The position numbers and the translations under genes are program-made. A DNA stretch of 64,000 nt, from contig OZ253489.1 in the NCBI GenBank assembly GCA_965261965.1, positions 2,665,931 through 2,729,930 of the forward strand. Reading direction: 5' to 3'. The notes beneath the pieces were generated by a model. It had not been told where the DNA came from, ran no database searches, and was given only the letters and a program-made list of their open reading frames with translations. This DNA comes from Dehalococcoidia bacterium. Its GTDB lineage: Bacteria; Chloroflexota; Dehalococcoidia; Lucifugimonadales; JAGWBF01. Below are positions 62,401 through 64,000 of the stretch, one piece after another. How positions within the stretch are numbered: position 1 is the first letter of the stretch; every line of letters begins with the position of its first letter.

Positions 62401-64000
62401 GACGCTCACGGCGTCGTACTCGTCGGCGCTCCGGGAGGCGTCGACGGCGTGGGTGATGGAGGCCGCGTCGTTCACCGCGTCGGCGTCCTGGGCGGCCCGC
62501 ACCGTCACCGTCTGCGCCGTGTCCCAGTTGGACGGGCTGAAGGTCAGCGTGGCCCGGTCCACCGTCACGTCGGGGCTGCCGCTCCTGGTTACGCCGATCA
62601 CCACGTTGGAGGCGGGCTGGGCGTCCAGGACCACCGTGTAGGTGGAACTGTTGCCCTCAGCAACCGTCAGCGTGGTTTCGGACACGCTCACCCCGGCGGT
62701 ATCGTCGTCGGCCACCGTGACCGCCACCCCGGCGACGCTCACGGCGTCGTACTCGTCGGCGCTCCGGGAGGCGTCGACGGCGTGGGTGATGGAGGCCGCG
62801 TCGTTCACCGCGTCGGCGTCCTGGGCGGCCCGCACCGTCACCGTCTGCGCCGTGTCCCAGTTGGACGGGCTGAAGGTCAGCGTGGCCCGGTCCACCGTCA
62901 CGTCGCTGCTGCCGCTCCTGGTTACGCCGATCACCACGTTGGAGGCGGGCTGGGCGTCCAGGACCACCGTGTAGGCGGCGCTGCCCCCCTCGGCCACCGC
63001 CAATTCAGTAACGGACACGCTCACCCCGGCGGTCTCGTCGTCGTCGACGGTCACGGGCAGCGCGACATCGAGGGCCCGGTAGTGGTAATAGTCGGTTCCA
63101 GCAACGGGCAGCGCCTTGTGGGTGATGGAGGCCGCGTCGTTCACCGCGTCGGCGTCCTGGCGGCCCGCACCGTCACCGTCTGGGCCGTGTCCCAGTTGGA
63201 CCGGTTGAATCTCAGCGTGGCCCGGTCCACCGTCACGTCCGGGTTGTCGCTGCTCAGCGCGATTCTCACAAAACCCCAGTCCCCCGGGGGCGAGGCGTCC
63301 AGGACCACGGTGTAGGTTGCGCTGCCCCCCTCGGCCACCGGCAGCGCGGTTTCTGACACGCTAATCCCGACGGTTTCATCGTCGTCGACGGTGACCCTCA
63401 CGCCGTCGATATCCAGGTTCCCGTACTCGTTGGCGCTCCGGGAGGCGTCGACGGCGTGGGTGATGGAGGCCGCGTCGTTCGCCGCGTCGGCGTCCTGGGC
63501 GGCCCGCACCGTCACCGTCTGGGCCGTGTCCCAGTTGGACCGGTTGAATCTCAGCGTGGCCCGGTCCACCGTCACGTCGGGGCTGCCGCTGGCGGTTACG
63601 CCGATCACCACGTTGCCTGATGGCAGCGCGTCCAGGACCACCGTGTAGGCGGCGCTGCCCCCCTCGGCCACCGCCAATTCAGTAACGGACACGCTCACCC
63701 CGGCGTCGTCGTCGTCGTCGACGGTCACGGGCAGCGCGACATCGAGGGCCCGGTAGTGGTAATAGTCGGTTCCAGCAACGGGCAGCGCCTTGTGGGTGAT
63801 GGAGGCCGCGTCGTTCACCGCGTCGGCGTCCTGGGCGGCCCGCACCGTCACCGTCTGGGCCGTGTCCCAGTTGGACCGGTTGAATCTCAGCGTGGCCCGG
63901 TCCACCGTCACGTCCGGGTTGTCGCTGCTCAGCGCGATTCTCACAAAACCCCAGTCCCCCGGGGGCGAGGCGTCCAGGACCACGGTGTAGGTTGCGCTGC
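44461..64000 (-). CDS. Giant repetitive surface protein/adhesin (>6,200 aa; 5' end outside window; 1-bp frameshift near 63160)
   Basis: At least 56 Calx-beta/Ig-like ~110-aa repeats, then one divergent Calx-beta-like domain, an FN3 domain (PGAPTELTA..GDGQVELSWTAP...GLTNG...VRAVN), a Pro/Thr linker, a TM helix and RRLRRLRRWR. Confidence 0.9.
45400..63040 (-). repeat. Tandem array of 53 near-identical 330/333/351/354-bp coding units
   Basis: Period read directly from the recurring GGACCACCGTGTAGG anchor (45673, 46003, ... 62974); about 3 further divergent units continue to 64000. Confidence 0.97.

Noticed and set aside
45481-63315. 5,944-aa plus-strand ORF and the series of 109-117-aa plus-strand ORFs
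   Set aside because: Antisense shadows of a GC-rich repeated gene. One stop-free unit is simply repeated, and the G/H/R/V composition is not protein-like.
41628-64000. Diversity-generating retroelement or shufflon driving adhesin variation
   Set aside because: No reverse transcriptase or recombinase gene is in the window, variation is not adenine-specific, and there are no inverted cassettes.

Overview
A 64-kb chromosomal window, probably from a Chloroflexota (Dehalococcoidia/SAR202-like) bacterium. That is an inference from the long PurN-like protein and the overall gene set. The ankyrin, FN3 and Calx-beta-like proteins hint at a host-associated lifestyle. 1-15 kb is core genome: xseA-xseB-PHP-purN, aspS-tig-clpP-clpX, a structured RNA upstream of aspS, a GNAT, a rhomboid and a livKHMGF-type ABC importer. 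15.5-23.8 kb is accessory: an intact IS1182-family element with a CATT duplication, two ABC-2 exporters, and a ~2-kb hierarchical palindromic array of six 116-119-bp REP-doublet modules separated by tandem copies of their own ends. 23.8-35 kb holds an ankyrin-containing acyltransferase, an unannotated 50-aa His/Cys/acidic peptide ahead of a His-repeat CDF metal exporter, a SthA-like flavoprotein, a DUF2779-like protein, a GH15 and an NCS2 permease with an extra C-terminal domain. 35.5-41 kb is a partly decayed defence island: an RHH-MTase-REase operon, an RM fragment, a broken higBA and a Fic gene. 41.6-64 kb is a giant (>6,200 aa) C-terminally anchored surface protein built from at least 56 near-identical ~330-bp repeats that are combinatorial mosaics, plus a broken paralogous cassette downstream. 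All calls come from reading motifs by eye; no database searches were run.
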